Source: Candidatus Saccharimonadota bacterium (GTDB lineage: Bacteria > Patescibacteriota > Patescibacteriia > 2-12-FULL-60-25). Taken from it: a DNA stretch of 32,000 bases. Positions 7,528 to 15,461 of the stretch are shown piece after piece; positions within the stretch are counted from its first letter, which is position 1, and each line of letters begins with the position of its first letter. The stretch is from contig CP064964.1 in assembly GCA_016699205.1 (NCBI GenBank), positions 450,001 through 482,000 on the forward strand, written 5' to 3'. The notes beneath the pieces were generated by a model, which was given only the letters and a program-made list of their open reading frames with translations, made no database searches and had not been told where the DNA came from. The translations under genes and the position numbers were made by a program.

Positions 7528-8502
7528 TCACAACTCCCACGGCAATCGGAGCGTACTGTCAAAGGAGACGCGTATCGACTCGACGAGAAGTTTTGGCGAG
7601 TCCCAGCCGATCGGCGGATGCTCGAGATCAAATCGCGCGAGGTCGAGATGGGAACGGAGGTCCTCCCCTTTTTCATTTCGGACACGCATCGCCGAGGGCT
7701 TGGATTCATGCGGCGTGTAATCGAGTTCTGCGAGAACCGCTTTTCCAAATCCTCCCGCCACGAGTTCACGGGCCGCAGCTCGCGCATACCATGCACCAAG
7801 ATTTGAAGGATGCGCGAGATGATGGCCGTTGCCGGATGGCGTTGGCGGGAGTTTGCGTCCGTATGGAGAAAGCCTGCGGCCGGATGAACCAATGCGGCTA
7901 GCGAGACCGCCATTAGCTTTTGCGTGGGCGACGACAACGCGTAAATCATTTGCATCGACTTCCGGCAGAACGCGCAGGAGACGCGATTTAATTTCTTCTG
8001 GCGATGCCACATCGGCATGACCGAGACGAATAACGACTTCTTTCCCGCGAATGCCGCCGGCAAAGACGGCGTAGTCGGAGCCGAGCCAGTACCAGTCAGC
8101 GTCCATGAGGCGGCGGACTTCTATCGCCTGAAGAATGTGCCGAGCGCGCTCGACCTCGCGAGGAAGTCTTGAATCTGTCTCAGATGTTGCGTAGCCAAAG
8201 ACGGTAAGCGGATCGCGGTCGCCAAAGAGCGGCGGATCAATCATCGGTTCGATGGCGATGAATGGCTCGGCAGAGAGGCCGGCGTCGATTTGGCCGAGCG
8301 TGCGGCGAACAACGGCGGCGACGTCGAAATCGGCTTGGGATTTGGCTTCACCAGCCACAAAAAGCACGCCATGACCGCCGGAAACACGGATATTTAAAAG
8401 AGACGCAGGATCGCGCCGGAGATATTCATCGGCGATGGCAGCGGTAACCAGGTCGCAGGCCGTGTCGGGTGCGCCCGGGCCTTCCAAATGCGCCCAAGCC
8501 AT
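7528..8502 (-). CDS. Divergent S-adenosylmethionine synthetase (MetK)-like protein, probably non-canonical
   Basis: The 324-aa protein aligns by eye to MetK. [26 protein letters not shown] corresponds to [36 protein letters not shown] corresponds to [27 protein letters not shown] corresponds to SAAYAARYVAKNIVAAG. The GAGDQG and GGGAFSGKD signatures are degenerate. Confidence 0.6.
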   Translation of the reverse strand: [324 protein letters not shown]

Positions 8503-8550
8503 AGATTGGGCAGACCTTATCGGGCTAGTGGGATTGGGGCAAGTCGGCTT

Positions 8551-8630
8551 GTCATTGCGAGGAATCGAAGCAATCTTGGTCCGGACCGCACGCTCAGGAT
8601 TGCTTCGTCGTCGCTACTCCTCGCAATGAC
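8551..8630. repeat. Nested 80-nt palindromic (REP/MITE-like) element between the uvrD stop and the MetK-like start
   Basis: The outer 13-bp arms are GTCATTGCGAGGA (8551-8563) and TCCTCGCAATGAC (8618-8630). The inner 10-bp arms are CGAAGCAATC (8566-8575) and GATTGCTTCG (8598-8607). Confidence 0.7.
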
Positions 8631-8632
8631 AG

Positions 8633-10792
8633 CTAAAGGTCCTCGATCTCTCGCAGGTAGGAACCGGGCTTAAGTGGCTTCTTTGGCTTTTCGTCTTTTT
8701 TCCAAACGGTTGTGGGTGCGATTTGGATCGCCGGCTCTTCATAACCATCACTCCCCTCGCTATCGTCCCAAGACCATGCACCGGCTTTTTTGGATTGTTG
8801 CCACTTTGTCGTTCCGGAACCAGCCTCGCGCAGTTCTACTCTTTCGAATAGATGCGGATCGACTTCTTCGATGAATGTCGATGGCTGATTCAAAACCAAT
8901 GACTCTTGGCCGAGGGTGAGCGGGTAACTTAAGAACAGTTGGCGGCGGGCGCGTGTAACAGCAACGTAAAACAAGCGTCTCTCCTCTTCCATTCCGTCTT
9001 CTTCTGCGAGCGCGCGGCGATTTGGGAAGCTTTGGTCGGCTAAATGGATAATAAAAACTGTATCCCATTCCAAGCCTTTGGCTTGGTGGATGGTCGAGAG
9101 GATCATTTTCTCCTCACGCTCCACACCTCTCGCTTCACGCGTCGCTGATTGGGCGACAACATCATCGTAGAGCGAGATGTCGGCGAGGAAGGCGGCGAGA
9201 TCATCATAGCCTTCTGCAAAGAGGGCGAGCTGTTCCAAATCTTCCAAGCGTTCACGCCAGTTTGGATATTCGCGCTCCAAATAATCCTGATATGCGGACG
9301 ATGTGACGGCGCGGATAAGCTGAGCCGGGAATCTTCCCTTCTCCAAAAAGTTTTTGAGAATCAGCATCATGTCATTCCAACCAGTTTGTCCGCGGGCAGG
9401 GATACGCAGACCAGCGGAACCATCGACGATCATGTCGACGCTTTCTATCACGCGCATCTGCGAAGCGATGTCTCCCGCGGTTGTTGCGCCGATACCTGTT
9501 TGCAATCCAAGCGTGCGCAGCCAAGCGACTTCATCTTTTGGATTTTCATACACGCGTAAAAAAGACACGACATCTTTTATGTGTGCGCGTTCAAAAAACT
9601 TTTGGCCGCCGCGATACTCGTACGGAATATCGCGCTTCATCAACTCAAATTCCAGCGTTTGGGAATGAGCACTCGAACGGAACAACACCGCCATGTTGGC
9701 AAGAGCGACTCCCCCATCGCGCAAAGCCAAGACCTGTTCTGCGATATATCGCGCTTCCTGCGAGGCTGATGAACAGGCGATCAAACGAGGCTTATCCCCT
9801 TTTTCCCTCAGTCCAATTAGCTCTTTTTTGAATTGATGGCGGTTGTGCGAGAGCGATTCATTGGCGAGATCGAGGATTTGAGGCGTTGAGCGGTAGTTTG
9901 TAAGCAATTTAAAAATCTTTGCATCCGCAAATTGTTCAGGAAAAGAAAGAATGTTTTTTACATCTGCGCCTCGGAACGCATAGATCGACTGCGCGTCGTC
10001 GCCAACGGCGATAATATTACGATGGATTTTGGAAAATCCAGCGACGATACGCGCCTGCACGGCGTTCGTATCTTGATACTCGTCGACGAGCACGTAGCGG
10101 AAGCGCTCGGAAATTCTTTTGCCGTCCGGGCTATCGAGCAGCATGGCGAGATTGGTGAGCAAGTCATCAAAGTCCATGGCGTTCGCCTGCTTTTTTCTCT
10201 GATGATATTGCTTGGCGATTTCCTCGATGTCCGTGATGAAGGCTTGGAAGTTGGGATATTTTATTTCAAGCACGTCATCGATGGAGTGCTGGGTGTTGCG
10301 GGCGTAGGACAAAATATCGCCTACGACAGATGCGGTCGGGAAACGCCGGGCCTTTGGATCGATGGCCAAGTCTTTCATGACGGCTTTGATTAGATTGCGA
10401 CTGTCTTCTTGGTCGAGAATGGAAAAATTGGATTGATAGCCGAGGTCTTCTGCGAATGAGCGCAATAAGCGTGCGCCGATTGAATGGAAGGTACCGCCCC
10501 AAATACCGCGAGCCGAGGGTCCGAGCACGCTTTCTACGCGGCCAGACATCTCTTTTGCCGCCTTATTGGTAAATGTGAGTAGCAAAATCGAGGACGGATC
10601 AACGCCGTGCTCGATGAGATAGGCTACGCGATAGGTTAACGTGCGGGTTTTGCCGGAACCGGCTCCAGCTAACACAAGACAAGGGCCATCACCCTCCAGA
10701 ACGACAGCCAATTGCTCCTGATTGAGCGCTTGGACGTAGTCGATTTTTTTGACCGAGCCACCCGGATCGGAAGAAAGCGTAAAGGTGGACAT
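8633..10792 (-). CDS. uvrD: UvrD/PcrA-type SF1 ATP-dependent DNA helicase
   Basis: Motifs present are AGAGSGKTRTLTYR (Walker A), YVLVDEYQDTN, VGDDAQSIYAFRGA, LLTNYRST and TIHQAKGLEWDTVF. I chose the start at MSTFTL (10792) because a promoter-like element lies directly upstream. Confidence 0.9.
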   Translation of the reverse strand: MSTFTLSSDPGGSVKKIDYVQALNQEQLAVVLEGDGPCLVLAGAGSGKTRTLTYRVAYLIEHGVDPSSILLLTFTNKAAKEMSGRVESVLGPSARGIWGGTFHSIGARLLRSFAEDLGYQSNFSILDQEDSRNLIKAVMKDLAIDPKARRFPTASVVGDILSYARNTQHSIDDVLEIKYPNFQAFITDIEEIAKQYHQRKKQANAMDFDDLLTNLAMLLDSPDGKRISERFRYVLVDEYQDTNAVQARIVAGFSKIHRNIIAVGDDAQSIYAFRGADVKNILSFPEQFADAKIFKLLTNYRSTPQILDLANESLSHNRHQFKKELIGLREKGDKPRLIACSSASQEARYIAEQVLALRDGGVALANMAVLFRSSAHSQTLEFELMKRDIPYEYRGGQKFFERAHIKDVVSFLRVYENPKDEVAWLRTLGLQTGIGATTAGDIASQMRVIESVDMIVDGSAGLRIPARGQTGWNDMMLILKNFLEKGRFPAQLIRAVTSSAYQDYLEREYPNWRERLEDLEQLALFAEGYDDLAAFLADISLYDDVVAQSATREARGVEREEKMILSTIHQAKGLEWDTVFIIHLADQSFPNRRALAEEDGMEEERRLFYVAVTRARRQLFLSYPLTLGQESLVLNQPSTFIEEVDPHLFERVELREAGSGTTKWQQSKKAGAWSWDDSEGSDGYEEPAIQIAPTTVWKKDEKPKKPLKPGSYLREIEDL

Positions 10793-10798
10793 GGGCAG

Positions 10799-10827
10799 AT
10801 GATAACGAAGAAGCCCGACCATGTGAA
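10799..10827 (-). promoter_or_regulatory. Candidate leaderless promoter of uvrD embedded in the cassette 3 terminator hairpin
   Basis: The minus strand reads TTCACA (10827-10822), 17 nt, TATCAT (10804-10799), 6 nt, then ATG (10792). Confidence 0.45.
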
Positions 10828-10841
10828 CATGGCCGGGCTTC
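10810..10841 (-). terminator. Hairpin downstream of orphan cassette 3
   Basis: The arms are gaagcccgacc / ggccgggcttc, with an inner atg..cat pairing. The trailing T-tract (ttcgtt) is weak. Confidence 0.45.
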
Positions 10842-10862
10842 AGAGATCGAGTCTTTGGTTGT

Positions 10863-11402
10863 TTAGCGGATTTGCTTCCAGAGTAGGTCCTCCTGGTTGG
10901 GTTTGCCTGCCTTTTCTCGCGACTGACGCTCTTTGGAGCGCTTTTGCACCTTGCCGCGGATCCAGTCGCGCCGCACTTCCGAGAGCATCTCCAGCATCGT
11001 CTCGCCCTTGAGATAGGTGCTGAGACATTCGTCCTGATTGAGGGCGAGGACTTCCAGCTGGTTGATGCGGTTGATGCGGTTCACGATGAGCTCGGTTCTG
11101 TGGCCCAGACCAAGACGGTTCCAGATGCGCAGCGGATCGGTTTCGAAACCGACCAGGTACATCTCGTCACGGCCGTGGCGCCAGAGAAAGTAGTTGAACT
11201 CCTCCTCAAGTACCAGCCGCGCCAAGCGATCGCGCAAGCTCATGCGCTGACGCTCATCCGGGCTGAGGGTCGGAATCACCAGGTCTTCGTCGTCGTCCGA
11301 CTCGACGGGTTCGGGTTCTTGTACCGGGTACTCGCCTGATTCGTCGCGTATGAGCGATATCACCAGCTCGACATCAGAACGAGCTGCAAAGCTCCCGTCC
11401 AT
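10863..11402 (-). CDS. Orphan cassette 3: 179-aa hypothetical protein (acidic N-terminus, basic C-terminus)
   Basis: AAGGAG lies 7 nt upstream of the ATG at 11402. GC3 is elevated. An internal 9-nt tandem repeat (gttgatgcg x2, 11061-11078) encodes NRINRIN. I recognise no family. Confidence 0.65.
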   Translation of the reverse strand: MDGSFAARSDVELVISLIRDESGEYPVQEPEPVESDDDEDLVIPTLSPDERQRMSLRDRLARLVLEEEFNYFLWRHGRDEMYLVGFETDPLRIWNRLGLGHRTELIVNRINRINQLEVLALNQDECLSTYLKGETMLEMLSEVRRDWIRGKVQKRSKERQSREKAGKPNQEDLLWKQIR

Positions 11403-11459
11403 GATGAACTCCTTGAACGTTGTTAGTATCTCCCTGCCTTTATGAGCAGAGAACGAATC

Positions 11460-11488
11460 AATATACTACAAAATTGCGGTTTTGTCAA
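11460..11488 (-). promoter_or_regulatory. Promoter of orphan cassette 3
   Basis: The minus strand reads TTGACAAAACCGCAATTTTGTAGTATATT followed by GATT-CGTTC. The -35 box lies only about 20 nt after the mltG stop. Confidence 0.6.
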
Positions 11489-11507
11489 TCTTCTATTATT
11501 TCCTGTT

Positions 11508-12542
11508 TTACTGGCTATATCCGGCTTTTTGGCGATTGGCTATATGCTCATCCAGGGTTCTGGCGTAATAGGTTTTTCCGGCTTCATCGGTCAAAAAATA
11601 GCGATATTCGCTTGGTTCTGGATTCAAAACAGCCTTGATCGCCGCCTCTCCCGGGTTGCCGATGGGTGATGGCGGCAGACCCCGATACTTGTAGGTATTC
11701 CACGGAGAGTCGATGGAAAGATCGCGCGAGGTGGCGCGGGCGCGGCCCGAGCCCGTCATGTAATTCAATGTTGCATCGGATTGAAGGGCCATCCCGTCGC
11801 GTAAACGGTTCAGGAACAAGCCGGCGACCAAACGCATGTCTTCTTCGGAACGGACTTCATCCTGAACAATCGAGGCAAGAATAATGACGTCGTCGAGATC
11901 GGTGAGCGGAGCACTTGCGGCACCAGGCTTAGCAGCGGAAAAACGCTTACTGAATTCATCGAGCTGTTTGGCGATCAGGCCTTCCGGCAATTGATCGGCC
12001 CAAACGCGATAGGTATTTGGGAAAAGATAGCCTTCCAATGAGCGGTCGCGGGGCAAGCTTCCGAGAAAGGGATAGGTGTCGCGTAGCGCGAGATCAAAAG
12101 GAACGCGATCGAGCGAGCGGCCGATAACACGCACGGCATCTGCGGGGTCGATTTGCTGCTCGTCCTGCAATTGATCAATAAGCGCATCGACCGTTTCACC
12201 TTCTATGATCGTGATTTGTACTTCTGTTCTGGCAGGTCCGAGAGCGAGCTGTCGGGCAATTTCACGATAATTTGTTCCCGGGCGGATTTGATAGGAGCCA
12301 GGGCGTGCGCGGTTTAGCGCGCTGTCAAAACGGCCATACATTCTATAACGAGCTGCGGACTCGATGATGCCGTTCTCTTCCAAAATCTGCGCGACCTTGG
12401 CGCCATCAGCACCTTCCGGGATTTCTACCGCCTTTACCGCTCCGACAGGTACGGCCCAATAGGCTTCATTGGCCCATTGCCAGCCAAACCAGATACCGAA
12501 CAACAAGACGAGAACGACCAACAGCTTAACCATGTTTCGCAT
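11508..12542 (-). CDS. mltG: Endolytic murein transglycosylase MltG (YceG-like)
   Basis: It has an N-terminal TM helix and YceG family motifs (YLFPNTY, ILASIVQDE, LQSDATLNY, YNTYKYRGLPPSPIGNPG). Confidence 0.9.
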   Translation of the reverse strand: MRNMVKLLVVLVLLFGIWFGWQWANEAYWAVPVGAVKAVEIPEGADGAKVAQILEENGIIESAARYRMYGRFDSALNRARPGSYQIRPGTNYREIARQLALGPARTEVQITIIEGETVDALIDQLQDEQQIDPADAVRVIGRSLDRVPFDLALRDTYPFLGSLPRDRSLEGYLFPNTYRVWADQLPEGLIAKQLDEFSKRFSAAKPGAASAPLTDLDDVIILASIVQDEVRSEEDMRLVAGLFLNRLRDGMALQSDATLNYMTGSGRARATSRDLSIDSPWNTYKYRGLPPSPIGNPGEAAIKAVLNPEPSEYRYFLTDEAGKTYYARTLDEHIANRQKAGYSQ

Positions 12543-13080
12543 AGGATTCCGGAGCTTGTTTTTTTATGGTCTGACGAAGCTTCACGTAATGAACAATGAC
12601 GCCGACGAGACTGCCGAGCAATGCACCGGCGAGTACATCCGTCGGATAATGGACACCCGTTGCCATGCGGCCAAAGCCGATAAGCGTTGCAGCCAAAAGC
12701 GCAAGCATACCGATGCCCGGACTTCCGTAGACGAGAACGACGGCGGCAGCAAAAGACGTAGCCGTGTGGCCCGACGGAAACGAGTAGATCGTAAGCGGCG
12801 GAGGAATGAGCACCTGCACGGAAGCATCAGCGATAAATGGACGGATGCGTCCAATGAATTGACCGGATACCGTCGCTACCACCATTGCGATCAATGCAGC
12901 CCAAGTAGCCTCGTAAACAATCTTGCGGAGATGACGGCGCTTGCGCCAAAAACCAAGAATCGCCACAAGGAAGGCGAAGACAAAAACAAGGTAGCGGGAA
13001 AAAAAGACAGACAAGGCTTGGCCGGCTTCACCGGACATTGCTTGCTGTATTCCCTGCAGAATCAAGATTTCACCAGACAT
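12526..13080 (-). CDS. PAP2-family phosphatase (undecaprenyl-diphosphatase-like membrane protein)
   Basis: The PAP2 motifs FPSGHTATSF and GVHYPTDVLAG are present, with multiple TM helices. Confidence 0.85.
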   Translation of the reverse strand: MSGEILILQGIQQAMSGEAGQALSVFFSRYLVFVFAFLVAILGFWRKRRHLRKIVYEATWAALIAMVVATVSGQFIGRIRPFIADASVQVLIPPPLTIYSFPSGHTATSFAAAVVLVYGSPGIGMLALLAATLIGFGRMATGVHYPTDVLAGALLGSLVGVIVHYVKLRQTIKKQAPESYAKHG

Positions 13081-13092
13081 GGATAGAGGGTA

Positions 13093-13728
13093 TCAGACTT
13101 TTGTCTTATTTGGGTATGCACACCACTTTGCGACGGGGCAACGATAACATTGCGGCTTTCCCGGCTTACAGATATCACGGCCAAATTGAACCATCGATCG
13201 GTTGATGTCGATCCACTCTTTTTCCGGAACAAGCTTACGCAACTCCATTTCAACCTGTTCAGCGGTCTTTCCCTTGGCCCAGCCGAGACGATGCACGACG
13301 CGATAGACATGCGTGTCGACAGCGATAGCGGGGATCTTGAATGCGTAGGCAAGAACGCAGCTTGCGGTTTTGCGGCCAACTCCGGGTAAGCGCACGAGCT
13401 CATCCATCGTGCGGGGTACTTGGCCGTCAAAATCATCCATCAACATCCATGCCAATGCTTTGATGGCTTTTGCCTTGTTGCGATAGAGCCCGATGGAAGC
13501 AATTTTGGATGCGATGCTTGCGACGGGAGCTTTGGCTAAATCTGCCAAGGTCGGATAAGCGCGGCGGAGCCCCGGATAAACACGGAGCACTTGCACATCT
13601 GTGCTGCGCGCTGATAGGAGAGTCGCGATGAGCGTGTCTTCCGCTTTCCCCATGTCGACCATCCCCTTTTCCGGATAGCGCTTGGATAAAACCTGTACGA
13701 CTTTGGCCGCGGTTTTTGAATTCGTCAC
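13093..13728 (-). CDS. nth: Endonuclease III (DNA glycosylase/AP lyase)
   Basis: It has an HhH-GPD region (LPGVGRKTASCVL, VDTHVYRV) and a C-terminal 4Fe-4S cluster loop (CKPGKPQCYRCPVAKWC). Confidence 0.9.
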   Translation of the reverse strand: MTNSKTAAKVVQVLSKRYPEKGMVDMGKAEDTLIATLLSARSTDVQVLRVYPGLRRAYPTLADLAKAPVASIASKIASIGLYRNKAKAIKALAWMLMDDFDGQVPRTMDELVRLPGVGRKTASCVLAYAFKIPAIAVDTHVYRVVHRLGWAKGKTAEQVEMELRKLVPEKEWIDINRSMVQFGRDICKPGKPQCYRCPVAKWCAYPNKTKV

Positions 13729-13729
13729 A

Positions 13730-15310
13730 CTAAATCAGCGGTTGGCCCGTCATGATTGGCGGAGGTGTGATCTCGAGAAGCTTGAGCACGGTTGGAGCGA
13801 CATCAGCCAACATGCCGACGGGAGCGTTTAGAGAAAGATCGCCGCCAATGACATCGCCGGAAGGGGCGCGGATACCTTCCAGTTCTTTGCTCGCAATAAT
13901 AAAGGGCACGGGATTGGTGGAATGCTCTTTATCCATGTCGCTGGTCACTAGATTTTTTACTTCTTCTGCATTCCCATGGTCAGCGGTTATAAGAACCGCT
14001 CCGCCGACAGCAAGCGCTGCGTCAACAATAGAGCCGATCGCTTTATCAACGGCTTCACAAGCTTTTACCGTTGCTTCGTAATTACCCGTATGACCAACCA
14101 TGTCAGGGTTGGCGAAGTTGAGAACAATAAAATCGTAAGAACTGGCAGCGATTTCCTTTACAACGCGTTCCGCGATCAAAAAGGCGGACATTTCCGGAAC
14201 CTGATCATAACTGGAGACGCGCGGACTTGGGATAATGACGCGATCCTCGCCAGGGAACTCGTCCTCGCGCATGCCGTTCAAGAAAAATGTGACATGCGCA
14301 TACTTTTCCGTCTCGGCGATGTGCAGCTGACGCAAGCCAGCGTCGGAAACGACTTTTGCCAAGGACGTTTCAATCGGCTGAGGAGGAAAGGCGACTTCTA
14401 CCGGAAGATCTTTTTCAAACTCCGTCATCGTGACAAATAATACATTCTTGAGATACTCGCGCGGGAATTTATCAAAAGCCGGGAGGGCAAATGCCTTGGT
14501 CATTTCTCTTGCGCGGTCCGGACGAAAGTTAAAAAAGATCACAGCATCCCCTTCTTTCACCGGAGCTCCGACACCAATCACGGTCGGAATGAATTCTTCA
14601 TCAAACACTTGTTTTGCATAGGAAGCTTCCAGTGCGGCGACGGCAGAATCTGCGCGCTCGCCCTCGGCACGGACAATCGTGTTGTAGGCTTTTTCTACGC
14701 GGTCCCAACGGCTGTCGCGATCCATCGCAAAATAGCGTCCGGCGAGCGTGGCGATTTTTCCCGTACCGAGCTCGGCCATCTTGGCTTCCAATTCTCCGAC
14801 AAAACCAAGACCGGAATTATAAATCGCGTCGCGGCCATCGAGGAAACAGTGGACGGGAACATCTTTTAGACCTTCGCGCTTACAGAATTCAAGCAAAGCG
14901 TTCAGGTGTTCTTGCGAGGCATGAACATTGCCTTGCGACAATAAGCCCATGAGATGCAATCTCCCGCCATTTGCCTTGCTATGAGCGACGGCTTTTTTCA
15001 ACGCGTTGTTACTATAGAATTCTTCGGTTTCAATCGAGAGATTGATGCGGGGCAGACTTTGGTAAAAAATGCGGCCGGCTCCAATCGTGAGGTGGCCGAC
15101 TTCAGAATTACCCATTTCTCCCCATGAAAGACCGACAGCGCCCCCGGATCCATGCACGGTCATTGCCGGATAAGACTCGATCAAGCGTTTGAAAACGGGC
15201 ATTTTTGCATCGTAAATCGCGTTCCCGTCTGCCTGAGGGGCAATACCGAATCCATCGATGATGATCAGAACAACGGGTTTTGGTCGCGACATAGCCCTTA
15301 TTTTAGCCAT
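13730..15310 (-). CDS. gpmI: 2,3-bisphosphoglycerate-independent phosphoglycerate mutase
   Basis: The 526-aa protein has the motifs LIIIDGFG, NSEVGHLTIGAGR, TADHGNAE and HTGN. Confidence 0.92.
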   Translation of the reverse strand: MAKIRAMSRPKPVVLIIIDGFGIAPQADGNAIYDAKMPVFKRLIESYPAMTVHGSGGAVGLSWGEMGNSEVGHLTIGAGRIFYQSLPRINLSIETEEFYSNNALKKAVAHSKANGGRLHLMGLLSQGNVHASQEHLNALLEFCKREGLKDVPVHCFLDGRDAIYNSGLGFVGELEAKMAELGTGKIATLAGRYFAMDRDSRWDRVEKAYNTIVRAEGERADSAVAALEASYAKQVFDEEFIPTVIGVGAPVKEGDAVIFFNFRPDRAREMTKAFALPAFDKFPREYLKNVLFVTMTEFEKDLPVEVAFPPQPIETSLAKVVSDAGLRQLHIAETEKYAHVTFFLNGMREDEFPGEDRVIIPSPRVSSYDQVPEMSAFLIAERVVKEIAASSYDFIVLNFANPDMVGHTGNYEATVKACEAVDKAIGSIVDAALAVGGAVLITADHGNAEEVKNLVTSDMDKEHSTNPVPFIIASKELEGIRAPSGDVIGGDLSLNAPVGMLADVAPTVLKLLEITPPPIMTGQPLI

Positions 15311-15344
15311 TTTTTTGGTATTACCGCAATGATGTTAGAAATCA

Positions 15345-15373
15345 TTGACATTTTGGCTAATTTATGGTATTTT
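15345..15373 (+). promoter_or_regulatory. Promoter of orphan cassette 4 (FHA protein)
   Basis: The sequence is TTGACA (15345-15350), 17 nt, TATTTT (15368-15373) with an upstream TG, then ATCA-CGTTC. This is the same geometry as cassettes 3 and 6. Confidence 0.6.
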
Positions 15374-15461
15374 ATCACGTTCCCCGGAAGGCCGTGGGAA
15401 TGCGAGCGGCCGCGTTGCCGCAACGATTTTGGATCTTCAAAACACGAGAAGGAGAACAGAC

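Noticed and set aside
7509-8063. A 184-aa minus-strand ORF overlapping the MetK-like gene.
   Set aside because: It lies in a different frame of the same strand, inside a gene with recognisable homology. Its translation is low-complexity and has no start context.
8503-8632. A SAM riboswitch upstream of the MetK-like gene.
   Set aside because: The structured region is a simple nested palindrome. I cannot find the conserved SAM-I core elements (a four-way junction with conserved GA/AUC motifs). The gene itself may not be a functional MetK.
12469-13086. A 205-aa plus-strand ORF antisense to the PAP2 phosphatase.
   Set aside because: The opposite strand encodes a protein with canonical PAP2 motifs and TM helices. 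The plus-strand translation is Arg/Lys-rich with no features.
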